DNA from: an uncultured Candidatus Poseidoniales archaeon
GTDB lineage: Archaea; Thermoplasmatota; Poseidoniia; Poseidoniales; Thalassarchaeaceae
Assembly: GCA_902514485.1 (NCBI GenBank)
Contig: CABXQY010000003.1
Coordinates: 1 to 50,282, forward strand
DNA length: 50,282 nt
Reading direction: 5' to 3'
This document shows positions 9,432-19,885 of the stretch, piece by piece. Position 1 is the stretch's first letter. Each line of letters starts with the position of its first letter. A program made the position numbers and the translations under genes. Under the pieces are notes generated by a model. It searched no databases and was not told the DNA's origin. It worked only from the letters and a program-made list of their open reading frames with translations.

Positions 9432-10070
9432 ATGGAAACTGATTTAATATTGGCATTGGCTTTAGCCGGTGTTACTTTGGGCATTGTAGAAGGAATTAAG
9501 CCAGGCCCTCTTCTTACTATGGTAATCAAGGAGACACTTTCAGGCGGCCTTAGAGCGGGTGCTTGGACGGCAGCGGCACCAATATTTACAGACGGCCCAT
9601 TAGTAATCATCAGTCTATTCGCCGCAGGATGGTTTGCCACTCAACCATTCGCACTTTTTACAATCTCAATAGTTGGGGGAATATTCCTTATCAAGATGGG
9701 GATCGACTGTTTTTCAATACAGCCTCCAGCTAGTGATGAATTACTTATAGACGCTAAAGGAGCATTTCAAAGAGGACTTTTGACAAATCTATTGAACCCA
9801 AACGTGTATGTATTTTGGTTTTTGATTGGTGGGCCTTTGATGGCAACTGCCGCTAAGGAAGAACCATTAGCCCCTATTGCATATGCTCTATCATTCTTGA
9901 TTTCAATAATATTAGTCAAGACTTTCATAGCATATATTTTTGACAAAACTCGAGGCAACATTTCAGTTAAAATGTATAAAAATGCATTATCATTATGTGG
10001 AATTGCGATGCTTATATTTGCAATAGGATTCATTATACAAGGTATTGAAATTTGGTCCACGGAGTTCTGA
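9432..10070 (+). CDS. LysE family translocator
   Basis: N-terminal PGP motif, GLLTNLLNPN...FW, about 6 TM helices. Confidence 0.85.
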   Translation: METDLILALALAGVTLGIVEGIKPGPLLTMVIKETLSGGLRAGAWTAAAPIFTDGPLVIISLFAAGWFATQPFALFTISIVGGIFLIKMGIDCFSIQPPASDELLIDAKGAFQRGLLTNLLNPNVYVFWFLIGGPLMATAAKEEPLAPIAYALSFLISIILVKTFIAYIFDKTRGNISVKMYKNALSLCGIAMLIFAIGFIIQGIEIWSTEF

Positions 10071-10072
10071 AC

Positions 10073-11545
10073 TCAAGCCAAAGTGGGAAATCCACCTTCT
10101 GGTAGAGGATTCAGAGGAACAGTCGATCCCCTGAGGCTTGGACCAAGCATCATAGTCCCATATATCCCTTCGTCGGTAATACCATTTCCAATGTTATGAG
10201 AAAGGCCGAACCAGGGTCTTCCATAACTGTCGACTAGAATATCTATGAAATCACCAAATCCTCCACATCTATTGTATCCACAACCAGGCTCTAAACTCAA
10301 GGGGTCACCAAAGTTATTCACTTGAACGGTGGTGATTAGAGGCGTGTCACTAAACGAATCGGTCATAACAGAAATATAGCCATTCCAAGTATCTCCTCCG
10401 GTGTCTCCAAGATATGCAAAGGCAACACGGCCACTATCTCCTGCAGCGACAGCAGGAAAACCGGTTCCATTCAGGCCCGGAGGAGCTATCATCATCGGCC
10501 CGCTCCAAGAATCTCCTTGATCTAAAGAGTATGAATAATATGGTAAATCGTCTACACCCATCCACATGGCATGTAGATTATTTTCTTCATCCGGATAGAT
10601 TTGTGCTTCTTCCGCATTCCAAGTAGCAGCTGTACCGGTATCATCAGTGGGGAGTTCGTGCTCAGTCCAGGTCAGACCACCGTTAGTGGACCTGTAAATC
10701 GAATATCCTTCTCCATCGCAACTAGGATTTCCTCTATAGAAATTACCATCATTAGCTCCTACCATATGACCAGTCAAACCCCCACTGTTACAATTCGCCG
10801 GAGCACCGGGAACCTGTTGAGTCCAAGTTAACCCTCCGTCAAAACTCGAAGAACACAATGGCGACTGCCAGTTTCCATTGATGCAAAATACCCACGTTGT
10901 TGGATGTAAAGGCGCAGGATAAGGAGAAGAAGCAATTGTTTGATGATCTTGAATTGAAGTGCCTGAAGCACCAGTGGGGAATGGTGACCAAGTTTCCCCC
11001 TCATCATCTGAGGTCTCAACCGTCATTCCTAATAGTGCGTGCATATCAAATTTCATTATTCGATCAGTCCAAGGATCTACGTATACATAGGGATCATTGG
11101 AGTTCCCTACTGGAATTAACGTAGGAGAGTAAACATCTTGACAAGTATAATCTGAAACATTAGTCATCTGGAAAAGATTACTGCATTGAATAATCGCAGT
11201 CGCACCAGCAACCCCGTTCCCATAACTGCTCATGTAGATATTATCCTTTGAAGTAATTCCAATAGTGGGCTCGAAAGTTGAAAATCCAATGCCGTAATAT
11301 GTCCCTTCTGTACATATAGGGATATTTTCGCCCTGTAAAACCGAAGTCCCGTTAATAATATGTGGAACAACTAGAGCGTTAATAGCTCCGGGGTAATGGT
11401 ACCATGTATTGTTAGCAATTCCATTTGGGCAGAGATTATCAAAGGGACTATTTTCTTTGATTTCTTCGACCGCATTCCCCGCAAAACAACCAGATATCAT
11501 AGGGGCTAAGAGAAGCAGGACCAAGCAACCGGCTATTGTACGCAC
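10073..11545 (-). CDS. Secreted lipoprotein with BNR/Asp-box repeats (sialidase-like beta-propeller)
   Basis: Lipobox-like ISGC after a hydrophobic leader. Asp-boxes SDDEGETW, SFDGGLTW, STNGGLTW and SLDQGDSW. Confidence 0.8.
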   Translation of the reverse strand: MRTIAGCLVLLLLAPMISGCFAGNAVEEIKENSPFDNLCPNGIANNTWYHYPGAINALVVPHIINGTSVLQGENIPICTEGTYYGIGFSTFEPTIGITSKDNIYMSSYGNGVAGATAIIQCSNLFQMTNVSDYTCQDVYSPTLIPVGNSNDPYVYVDPWTDRIMKFDMHALLGMTVETSDDEGETWSPFPTGASGTSIQDHQTIASSPYPAPLHPTTWVFCINGNWQSPLCSSSFDGGLTWTQQVPGAPANCNSGGLTGHMVGANDGNFYRGNPSCDGEGYSIYRSTNGGLTWTEHELPTDDTGTAATWNAEEAQIYPDEENNLHAMWMGVDDLPYYSYSLDQGDSWSGPMMIAPPGLNGTGFPAVAAGDSGRVAFAYLGDTGGDTWNGYISVMTDSFSDTPLITTVQVNNFGDPLSLEPGCGYNRCGGFGDFIDILVDSYGRPWFGLSHNIGNGITDEGIYGTMMLGPSLRGSTVPLNPLPEGGFPTLA

Positions 11546-11590
11546 ACCCCTCGCAAAAGCACTGCATACATCAGAATAACGGATAATAAA

Positions 11591-13111
11591 TCATGACATC
11601 TTTAGAGTTGAATTACCTCCAAGGGGTAGTTCAGGTAGGCTAATCAAATCACCATAAAGTGCTGGACCAGTCACGAATGTACCAATAATGGCCTCTTGAA
11701 ATCCAGCGGTATTATGCGCCAAAGCCACCCAAGGCCGCCCCTCATCATCAATTTCAACATCTATGAAATCTCCGAAGCCACCACATCTAACATTACCACA
11801 ATCAGACGTATCATCTAAAGGGTCTCCAGGAAGATTTACTGCTATACTAGTAATCAGTGGGACATCATTGAATGCATCAGTCATAATTGCCATGTAGCCA
11901 CCCCAACCAACTCCTCCTGAGGTGCTATTATTTGCTGTGACATCGTTCATTTCTCCAATATATCCAATTACTACTCTACCTGAATCTCCAGCAAAAATTG
12001 TTGGAAAACCGGTCTCTTTTATTCCAGGCGCTGAAACCATCAAAGGACTCCCCCAGGATTCACCATGGTCTTGGGAGTTAGCATACCAAATCATTTGATC
12101 AGTTGATATCCAAGTAGCATGAATATTTCCCCCTTCATCAACAGCGGTAGCAACTTCGTGTGAATGCCAACCTTGTTGCATACCAACTTCAGTGGTAATG
12201 GTATGCTCACTCCAAGTGTACCCTCCATCGCTGGATGCATAGACTGCCGGACCTTCACAAGAAGGATTACCGCGGTAAACCCAACCATCCGAACCACCAG
12301 CAACATGTCCGTGTAAGCCAGAGCACTGATTGCCAAAGCTCTCTGTAGGATATCCTATTTGTTGAGCATCCCAAGTATGTCCGCCATCAAGAGATCTTGA
12401 GCATTGCGCGCCAGCAGCAGGTGAACCAGTATTGATACAGTAAACATATACGACATCCCCAACTATTGCATTAGAGTGGGGCATAGATGCAATACTCTGA
12501 TGATCCTGTGGAGCATAGTATCCTTCAACCGGGAAAGGGGTACTCCAAGTCTCTCCATCATCATCAGAATATTCAACGAACATAGCAGTAAGAGCGTGCA
12601 TATCGAATTTAACCAATTTATCATTGAATTTATCAACATAAAGATACGGATCATTAGAGTTAGGCGTTTGTCCTTGATCGTCACTCATTCCGAATGGACC
12701 TACATCCTCCCAACTCAAACCTTGATCAGTGGAACGGATGATATGCGTCCCATCTCCCAATCCATTATAATTTGTAAAAAATATAGCTCCAGAAGAAGTA
12801 ATGCCGAGAGTAGGCTCGAAGGTATCCCAACCTGTTCCATAATAGGTCCCTGATGCGTAAAATGGGATATTATTTCCAGAAAGATTTACAGATAAATTAG
12901 CGCCTAAAACAGCATCAGGGTTCGTAGCATCGACAGCGATTGGATTAGAAACAGTACCCGGATAATGATACCAAGTCGTTATTGAAATTTCACCTTCTTC
13001 AAAAGAAAAAGGCCCACTTTCTTCAATATTTTCTATTTTTTCTCCTGCGAAACAGCCAGATAAAGTAGGAACAATCATCAACAAACCGATCATGATTGTA
13101 AGAGTACGCAT
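11591..13111 (-). CDS. Secreted lipoprotein with BNR/Asp-box repeats, paralogue of 10073-11545
   Basis: LSGC lipobox. Asp-boxes STDQGLSW, SDDDGETW, SLDGGHTW and SSDGGYTW. Shares FEPTxGITS, KFDMHAL, QDHQ and RCGGFGDFID with its neighbour. Confidence 0.8.
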   Translation of the reverse strand: MRTLTIMIGLLMIVPTLSGCFAGEKIENIEESGPFSFEEGEISITTWYHYPGTVSNPIAVDATNPDAVLGANLSVNLSGNNIPFYASGTYYGTGWDTFEPTLGITSSGAIFFTNYNGLGDGTHIIRSTDQGLSWEDVGPFGMSDDQGQTPNSNDPYLYVDKFNDKLVKFDMHALTAMFVEYSDDDGETWSTPFPVEGYYAPQDHQSIASMPHSNAIVGDVVYVYCINTGSPAAGAQCSRSLDGGHTWDAQQIGYPTESFGNQCSGLHGHVAGGSDGWVYRGNPSCEGPAVYASSDGGYTWSEHTITTEVGMQQGWHSHEVATAVDEGGNIHATWISTDQMIWYANSQDHGESWGSPLMVSAPGIKETGFPTIFAGDSGRVVIGYIGEMNDVTANNSTSGGVGWGGYMAIMTDAFNDVPLITSIAVNLPGDPLDDTSDCGNVRCGGFGDFIDVEIDDEGRPWVALAHNTAGFQEAIIGTFVTGPALYGDLISLPELPLGGNSTLKMS

Positions 13112-13167
13112 ATGTTTCCGAATTTACAATAGCATAAAACATACACCGTATCATTGTGTAAGTACAG

Positions 13168-14199
13168 TTATTCCCAACCATTATCTATAATATTTGGAAT
13201 CGTATCAATTATTGTTTCATCCAGGCTCTTCCACTTCATTTCTAAATCATTTTCAGCCGGAGTCGCATCCCAATACAATTTATTTTTCAAATGCCTTTTA
13301 GCCCATGAAATACTGACTTTTGGATGAAACGCGCAAACTATCAATGCAATAAAGTAAGGCAATTGTCTAATTGGCCATTTTCTGTTAGAATATTTCTTTT
13401 TCAGGAGTTTAGAAATATCACTCCACATCATTTCTCCTGCAACAGTGAGATATCTTCCCTTATTTTCTCCCATTGTTAGCGCTCTCACATGAGCTTCAGC
13501 AACATCTCTAACATCTACTATATTTATCTGCATGGGCAATATTAATGGCAATTCTCTTCTCATAAGCATCATTATTACAGATAACGATCCACTCAAATGC
13601 CTCGAAGAAAGTGGAGGTCCAAAGACCATACAAGGGTGGATAGTAATCATTTTTATTTTCTCCGAATCTTCTAGATTGTCGTGCCAATCTCTTACAATCA
13701 TTTCGGCACTATATTTTGCCAAACCATAAGGGTTTTCTTCTAAAGTTGCATCCGAAGCGAATGTTTTAGCCGTAAGAGTAACACCATTTTCCCATTTTTC
13801 AGGCCGAATTGCTGCAGTAGATGAGGTATGAACGAATCTCTCAATTGTACCACTTTTCTCAATTGCAGAAATCACATTTTTTGTACCAATAACACTCGGA
13901 TCAACAATTTTTGCTTGAGGATTTTTTGATCGAACTATTACAGCAGCAGCAGTATGTATGACATCAGTCGCCCCAGTCATAGCGGAATCCACGCTTTTAG
14001 AATCGAAAAGATCCATTTCCACAATTTCTAAACTACCATTCTCTTCAATTTTGAGATTTTTGAGATGTTCGACCCTTTCGAGGTCGTTTACATCTCTGAC
14101 AGTAGCCCTTACATTTTTTCCTTTAGATAATAAATTGGAAACAACATGGCTTCCGATGTATCCACTGGCTCCAGTAACTACTACGAGATCAGCGCCCAT
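13168..14199 (-). CDS. NAD-dependent epimerase/dehydratase (dihydroflavonol-reductase-like extended SDR)
   Basis: TGASGYIG, HTSSTAA, YGLAK (YxxxK) and VDVRDVAEAH. Start placed at ATG 14199. Confidence 0.88.
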   Translation of the reverse strand: MGADLVVVTGASGYIGSHVVSNLLSKGKNVRATVRDVNDLERVEHLKNLKIEENGSLEIVEMDLFDSKSVDSAMTGATDVIHTAAAVIVRSKNPQAKIVDPSVIGTKNVISAIEKSGTIERFVHTSSTAAIRPEKWENGVTLTAKTFASDATLEENPYGLAKYSAEMIVRDWHDNLEDSEKIKMITIHPCMVFGPPLSSRHLSGSLSVIMMLMRRELPLILPMQINIVDVRDVAEAHVRALTMGENKGRYLTVAGEMMWSDISKLLKKKYSNRKWPIRQLPYFIALIVCAFHPKVSISWAKRHLKNKLYWDATPAENDLEMKWKSLDETIIDTIPNIIDNGWE

Positions 14200-14238
14200 A
14201 CCCTTTCGAAACAGGCCTAGCACTTCGACTTAGTGTAC

Positions 14239-16575
14239 TTACTCTTCCTCTGATTGGTCATCCTTCTTTGACAACCAATTAGGAGCCCACCAATTTATGT
14301 CGCCCATTAATCGCATCGTCGAAGGGACAACCAATGCTCTGACTATACTAGCATCAACGGCAACGCCCAATGCAAGCATAAAACCGAATTGTTTCATCAG
14401 AACAACTGAAGAAATACCGAATGCAGAAAACACAGTTATCATAACTAAAGCTGCGGATGTGATTATCCTCCCACTCTTTTGCAATCCAACTGCTACTGCC
14501 TTTGTATTATCCTTGGTCCGCTCCCACTCTTCATGGATTCTTGACAACATCAAAACTTCATAATCCATACTCAATCCAAATAAAATTGCAAAAATCATTA
14601 CAGGAGTAGTAGGGTCAATAGGTTGAGGTGTGAAATTTAGTAATTCTGCACCATTACCTTCTTGGAAAATCCATACTAATACTCCGAACGAAGCACTGAC
14701 GGATAGTACATTCATTACTAGCGCTTTTAGTGGTAAAACCACAGACCTAACTTGTAAGAAGATAAGGACATAGCTCGAAATCAGAATAAACGCCAAAGCA
14801 ATTGGCATGTTCTCAGCAACCGCATCCAAAATATCTTGATTATATGCTGCAATGCCGGCCACATTAACAGTGCTCTGGTTACCGAATTGGTCATTCTTAC
14901 TTTCAAGAGCCCGAATACTGTTCACAACATTTCTAGAATCTTCACTAGATTGTTCCCCTTCTATTCCAACTATTACTAAAATTACGTTATCTCCTACGTA
15001 ACTTTCAATGTGGTATTTTCTCTGTAAATCTAGAACGCGCGCGTCCTCAGAAGACAAATCTCCGTCATCAGAATTATTCCAAAACGCAATCACCTCATCC
15101 TGGCTCATCGACGAATTAAAATGCACATACGTGTATACATAACTAGTATGTTTAATAGTCATAATTTCTTTTGAAAAATTGTATAAGTCACGAATATTTT
15201 CTTCTGAGAAAGGATCAACATTTTCCCCAATTTCAAAAACAATTTGAGCAGTATTTCCGGTATTTTCCGGCCAATAAACATCTGTCAACTCCAAACCATT
15301 TCTCGATTCATCATCCGGGCTCAAAGCCTTGTATGTGGTTATGCCCCAATCTGCTTGAAGAAAAGGAGAACCAGCGATTAGTAAAACCATTACCGCTGGG
15401 ACCAGTACTGAAAAAGGGCGTTTCATTACTCTCTCAGCAATCCATGACCAAAAACCATCTTCTTTGGTAGTATCGGTCATTGAGAAAGGGACCTTCAATG
15501 AATTTATTCTATCTCCTAACAAGGACAATATCGCTGGTAAAAGAACTACTGATGAAACCAAAGCAACAAGTGCGGCACATATCCCCCCCCAACCCAGTGA
15601 TGGTAAGCCAGTGTTTTCGAAAAATAACATGCCCATCAATCCAACCATTACAGTCATTGCAGAGAAGAAAATAGCCCTGCCCGCAGTTGCACTAGTCATT
15701 GCAATTGCTGTTCTATGGTCTCTTCCTCTACGCAACTCTTCCCTGAATCGGTTAACTATGAATAATGAATAATCCACGCTCAACCCAATACCTAATAATG
15801 ATACAATATTATTTGCATAAATCGTGATATCATCAAAAATATATGTTAGACCCGTAACAATACCCACAGCTGCAATGACCGTGTAGATGCCAGTTAGAAC
15901 AGGTAAACCAGCCGCAACAAGACTGCCAAACACGAGTAGTAAGATAAGTAAGGTAAGGGGTGCAGAAATCAATTCAGCTTTGATTAATTCTTCTTCAAGC
16001 GTTAAGTCGAATACAACATCAATAGCCAAGTTTCCAGTAACCCATTTTTCCATTCCTTCGGGCGCATCTTCTGGCAAATCTAAACTCTCAATAGTTTCCT
16101 TTAGCAAAACCTTCGAATCTTCTCTATCTAAGTTAACTTGTATACGTATTCTAGACCAAGATTCATCAATTGTACTAATTAGATTCGATTTATTTGCCTC
16201 ATTAGTGAACCACGGGTAATATATTGAAACATCTTCATTAGTTTGGAACACCCTAACAGTTTCTTCCATTGCCGTTCTAACTTCTTCGTCACTAGAGTTT
16301 CCACTTGGGTGATGAAAGAGAACATAAAAAACCTCATAAGAACTTTCATTTTCATCAGCAAAACCTGTTGCGATAGCATCCCATCCATGAACGGATTCCA
16401 GATCGCCTTCGCCGAACCCTTCGATATATTTAGGTTCCAGAGTGATTAACCCAGCAAGCCCAACTCCTAAAAGTAAAGTAGCAATTAATACAACTTTAGC
16501 ATTATCATAAACAAAACCGCCAATTTTGTAGTATAACCTATCTTGTAAAACAGAGGGATCAGTAGTTCCTTCCAT
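14239..16575 (-). CDS. MMPL/RND family lipid transporter
   Basis: Motifs GIGLSVDYSLFIVNRFREE, FGLSMDYEVLMLSRIHE, GRIITSAA and NWWAP. Two-repeat RND topology. Confidence 0.92.
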   Translation of the reverse strand: MEGTTDPSVLQDRLYYKIGGFVYDNAKVVLIATLLLGVGLAGLITLEPKYIEGFGEGDLESVHGWDAIATGFADENESSYEVFYVLFHHPSGNSSDEEVRTAMEETVRVFQTNEDVSIYYPWFTNEANKSNLISTIDESWSRIRIQVNLDREDSKVLLKETIESLDLPEDAPEGMEKWVTGNLAIDVVFDLTLEEELIKAELISAPLTLLILLLVFGSLVAAGLPVLTGIYTVIAAVGIVTGLTYIFDDITIYANNIVSLLGIGLSVDYSLFIVNRFREELRRGRDHRTAIAMTSATAGRAIFFSAMTVMVGLMGMLFFENTGLPSLGWGGICAALVALVSSVVLLPAILSLLGDRINSLKVPFSMTDTTKEDGFWSWIAERVMKRPFSVLVPAVMVLLIAGSPFLQADWGITTYKALSPDDESRNGLELTDVYWPENTGNTAQIVFEIGENVDPFSEENIRDLYNFSKEIMTIKHTSYVYTYVHFNSSMSQDEVIAFWNNSDDGDLSSEDARVLDLQRKYHIESYVGDNVILVIVGIEGEQSSEDSRNVVNSIRALESKNDQFGNQSTVNVAGIAAYNQDILDAVAENMPIALAFILISSYVLIFLQVRSVVLPLKALVMNVLSVSASFGVLVWIFQEGNGAELLNFTPQPIDPTTPVMIFAILFGLSMDYEVLMLSRIHEEWERTKDNTKAVAVGLQKSGRIITSAALVMITVFSAFGISSVVLMKQFGFMLALGVAVDASIVRALVVPSTMRLMGDINWWAPNWLSKKDDQSEEE

Positions 16576-16633
16576 AGCGGCCCGAATTACTTTTGATATT
16601 AAAAGAACTGGGATGACTGATTATAACAATCGG

Positions 16634-17416
16634 TCAACATAAAGACGATACAGAATCAACAATCAAACTTGGTTGCTGAGGTGCCTTTTCAGCATCATCT
16701 CTTGTTGCTTCTCCGGATAGAACCAAAATTCCATGGACCCCCGCTCTGTCTGCCATTTCCATATCAGTGTACAATCTATCTCCAACCATTGCACAAGCAT
16801 CTAAATCTAAGTTTAATTCGTTAATTTTATGTAAAATCATTCCAGGATTAGGCTTTCCACATATGTGAGTAGGGACGACCCCAGTCGTTGCTTCGAACAA
16901 TGCCATATAAGCCCCAGTATCGGGCAAACCTCCATCAGGAGAGGGACAAACCATATCTGGATGACTGACCACCAAAGGCACTCCTTTCTGTAAATAAATA
17001 GAACCTTTAGTTAACTTTTCATAAGTTATCTCTGTATCATATCCCAATACTACAAATTGGGGATCTTCTGAGTCCGTATTTATTCCGACCTCTTCTAACA
17101 TCATCCTCATTCCTTCTGTTCCAACGAGGTATGTTTCTGAGATATTTTCTAATTTTAGCCAGGACAATAGGTCATGTGTTGAAAGCAACACCTCCTCCTT
17201 ACTAACCGGTATTCCCATTTTTTCTAATTTTGTCAAATATTGATTGACCGATTTACTTGAATTATTAGATAAAAAATATCTTTTTATCCCCCTATCTTCT
17301 ATACGATTTAAAAAATCAATAGCACCTTCTATCAAATTATCTCCCATATATATGGTCCCATCTAAATCAAGAAAAATTGCTTCTATATGTTCTAAATTTG
17401 AAGTTAAAGTTCGCAT
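16634..17416 (-). CDS. HAD-superfamily class IIA hydrolase (NagD-like phosphatase)
   Basis: Motifs DLDGT, LSNNS, GKPN and GDRLYTD. Confidence 0.92.
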   Translation of the reverse strand: MRTLTSNLEHIEAIFLDLDGTIYMGDNLIEGAIDFLNRIEDRGIKRYFLSNNSSKSVNQYLTKLEKMGIPVSKEEVLLSTHDLLSWLKLENISETYLVGTEGMRMMLEEVGINTDSEDPQFVVLGYDTEITYEKLTKGSIYLQKGVPLVVSHPDMVCPSPDGGLPDTGAYMALFEATTGVVPTHICGKPNPGMILHKINELNLDLDACAMVGDRLYTDMEMADRAGVHGILVLSGEATRDDAEKAPQQPSLIVDSVSSLC

Positions 17417-17428
17417 AAAATAAAACCC

Positions 17429-18808
17429 CTAAGGAAGCAATAATGTCTTCATCAAAAACCACGGACTCCATAATTTTGTCTGACTTTCTTTACTAGCAAT
17501 CATTTCAGACATCATTTTTCCAATCTCCTCTTTCTTTGATGCCTTCTTAACAAACCAATTAGTCAAGAGTTTCCATTTCATGACTTTTTGCAATGTCTTT
17601 GAATTTGTTAATTCCGACCCCAAAGCCGCCCATAGTGCGACCATATATTCGATACCAGCATCTTCAGTAAAACCCTCTTTATGAAGATCTTTATCAAAAT
17701 GTGATGCAGTTAATTTTGCTGACAGTAAAGCGTTCCCGATCCCTTCTCCACTGAATGGGTCTACTAAACTCGCAGCATCCCCTACACACATTGCTCCCGC
17801 CATAGCAGCTCTTCTAGGTTGATAGAGAGGTGACGGATTTTTCCTCGGAGAGCCGAAAGGCAACTGCCATCCTTTTCCCGACCCTGGAACCAAAGTCGAA
17901 TTAGCAAATCTATCTTTAAATCTAGGATGTTCATTAATCACCCATTTTTGTATTTTCTTTAAAGATTTCTTTTTATCTCCTTTTAATTTTCTATGCTCAG
18001 AAATTAACATACCAATTCCGACATTAACTCTATTTCCCTGTACTGGGAATAACCAAAAGTACCCTGGCAAAACTTCGTCTATGAAATGTATTTCAATGGC
18101 CCCTTTTTCTCCACCTAAACCTTCTACATTGTCCCAATATTCGCGATATCCTCCGCAGAAATGATCATCATCTCTATGATCCTCGCCATGTAATTCAGTA
18201 ATTACTCGAGAAACAGGGCAATTATAGCCACCAGCGCCTATAGTAATAGCAGAAGTGAAAGACATGTTTTCATTACCTGACCTTGCGCCCCCAATGTTCC
18301 CAGTGATTCCAGTAATTTTATGGGTATTTTCGGTTTTTTCTACTTTTATTTCGTTAACAGAAAATCCTTGAATTACTGCACCGCCGTTTTCTCTGACGAT
18401 TTCTTGCGCTCTCTTAAACATCATATAATCAAATTGCATTCTTGGTAAAGAATAACCAGATTGCAATCCCATTTTTTCATATGCTTCTTCAGGAAGCATG
18501 ACACGTACTTCGGCTCCGTTTGCACTGCCGAATACTATAGAATCGACAACATAGTGAGGGGTCGACTCAATCATATCCAAAACTCCTAATTCTTTGACAT
18601 GAGAAAGAGATTTTCCGCCAACTGCGTCACCACAGATTTTATCTCTTGGCCATATTTCTTTCTCAATTAGAAGAACTTTACAACCATTCAAAGCATTGTA
18701 AGCAGCAGCAGCAGACCCGCCGGGCCCCCCTCCAACAACAATCACATCAAAATGCGCCCCTGACTCAGGAATTTTTCCCGAATCAATAGGTTTTTTCCAT
18801 TCGTCCAT
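17429..18808 (-). CDS. Geranylgeranyl reductase family FAD oxidoreductase
   Basis: Motifs GGGPGG, PRDKICGD, PGYFWLFP and GDAASLVDPFSGEGI. Confidence 0.88.
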   Translation of the reverse strand: MDEWKKPIDSGKIPESGAHFDVIVVGGGPGGSAAAAYNALNGCKVLLIEKEIWPRDKICGDAVGGKSLSHVKELGVLDMIESTPHYVVDSIVFGSANGAEVRVMLPEEAYEKMGLQSGYSLPRMQFDYMMFKRAQEIVRENGGAVIQGFSVNEIKVEKTENTHKITGITGNIGGARSGNENMSFTSAITIGAGGYNCPVSRVITELHGEDHRDDDHFCGGYREYWDNVEGLGGEKGAIEIHFIDEVLPGYFWLFPVQGNRVNVGIGMLISEHRKLKGDKKKSLKKIQKWVINEHPRFKDRFANSTLVPGSGKGWQLPFGSPRKNPSPLYQPRRAAMAGAMCVGDAASLVDPFSGEGIGNALLSAKLTASHFDKDLHKEGFTEDAGIEYMVALWAALGSELTNSKTLQKVMKWKLLTNWFVKKASKKEEIGKMMSEMIASKESQTKLWSPWFLMKTLLLP

Positions 18809-18889
18809 CTTCTCGCCGTAACTTCGGAAGCATACACAGGAATTGAATATATGCTATAGGCTATATTAGAAAGCGGCTTACGATATACT

Positions 18890-19207
18890 ATGGTAGATAC
18901 AGTGTACGTTGTTGAAACAACACTATCCGGCAAGTTAAACGAAGCAGAAATCGGTCATTGGAGCCAATCAATGATCGATACAAAATTAGTAGCATGTGTA
19001 AATATAGAAAAGATAACCTCAATTTATCGTTGGGAAGATAAAATAGAAAGTATCTCCGAATGGAAAGTTCAGCTATTTACTACTGAAAATTCGAAGAATA
19101 AAGTGATATCTAAAATTAAGTCCGAACATCCTTATGATATTCCTAAAATATTGTGCTGGGCTGCTGAATCTACAAAAGAATATTCTCATTGGGTGAAAGG
19201 TGAGTAG
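18890..19207 (+). CDS. cutA: Divalent-cation tolerance protein CutA
   Basis: Motifs LVACVN, SIYRWE and HPYDIP. Confidence 0.9.
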   Translation: MVDTVYVVETTLSGKLNEAEIGHWSQSMIDTKLVACVNIEKITSIYRWEDKIESISEWKVQLFTTENSKNKVISKIKSEHPYDIPKILCWAAESTKEYSHWVKGE

Positions 19208-19210
19208 CCC

Positions 19211-19885
19211 TTGTTTAAATTAGCCAAAAAAGTTCCAACAACTACTTGGAGTTCCGACAACCCAATGTCAATTCGGCCAAAATTAAAAACTCTAATAATT
19301 TTAATAATAGGTTTATGGATATTTGGCACTGGAGATGCTGTGATTATAGCCGCAGGACTAGGTGTTGCACCATGGACTGTGTTAGCCCAAGGAATTTCCA
19401 ATCAATTAGGCTGCACAATAGGCCAGGCGACATTTTTTGTTAGCGTTGTAGTCTTATTTTTATGGATCCCACTCAAGGAAAAACCAGGTGTTGGAACTAT
19501 ATTAAATGCAATTTTAATTGCAGTTGCAATAGACGTAATGGAACCCATCCTCCCTCATCCCGAAGATCAAGTATTACAGGTATTTCAAGTATTAATTGGA
19601 ACTATTTTTGTTGGAATCGGTAGTGGATTTTATTTGACTGCAAACCTAGGGCCAGGTCCACGAGATGGTTGGATGACAGGTATTCAAAGAATCACTGAAG
19701 TACCAATAGGTAGAGTGAGGACAACAATAGAAATCATAGCACTTGGAATTGGATGGAAATTAGGCGGTATTTTTGGTATCGGTACGATAATATTTGCAAT
19801 ATTAATAGGTCCAATAGTGGCATTATGTTTACAAATTACCAGTATTTGGAGTATTCCTGAAGAAAAGGTCAACCTAGAGACTTAG
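19211..19885 (+). CDS. YczE/YyaS/YitT family membrane protein
   Basis: Motifs AGLGVAPWTVLAQG, GVGTILN, ANLGPGPRDG and GIGTI. Confidence 0.85.
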   Translation: MFKLAKKVPTTTWSSDNPMSIRPKLKTLIILIIGLWIFGTGDAVIIAAGLGVAPWTVLAQGISNQLGCTIGQATFFVSVVVLFLWIPLKEKPGVGTILNAILIAVAIDVMEPILPHPEDQVLQVFQVLIGTIFVGIGSGFYLTANLGPGPRDGWMTGIQRITEVPIGRVRTTIEIIALGIGWKLGGIFGIGTIIFAILIGPIVALCLQITSIWSIPEEKVNLET

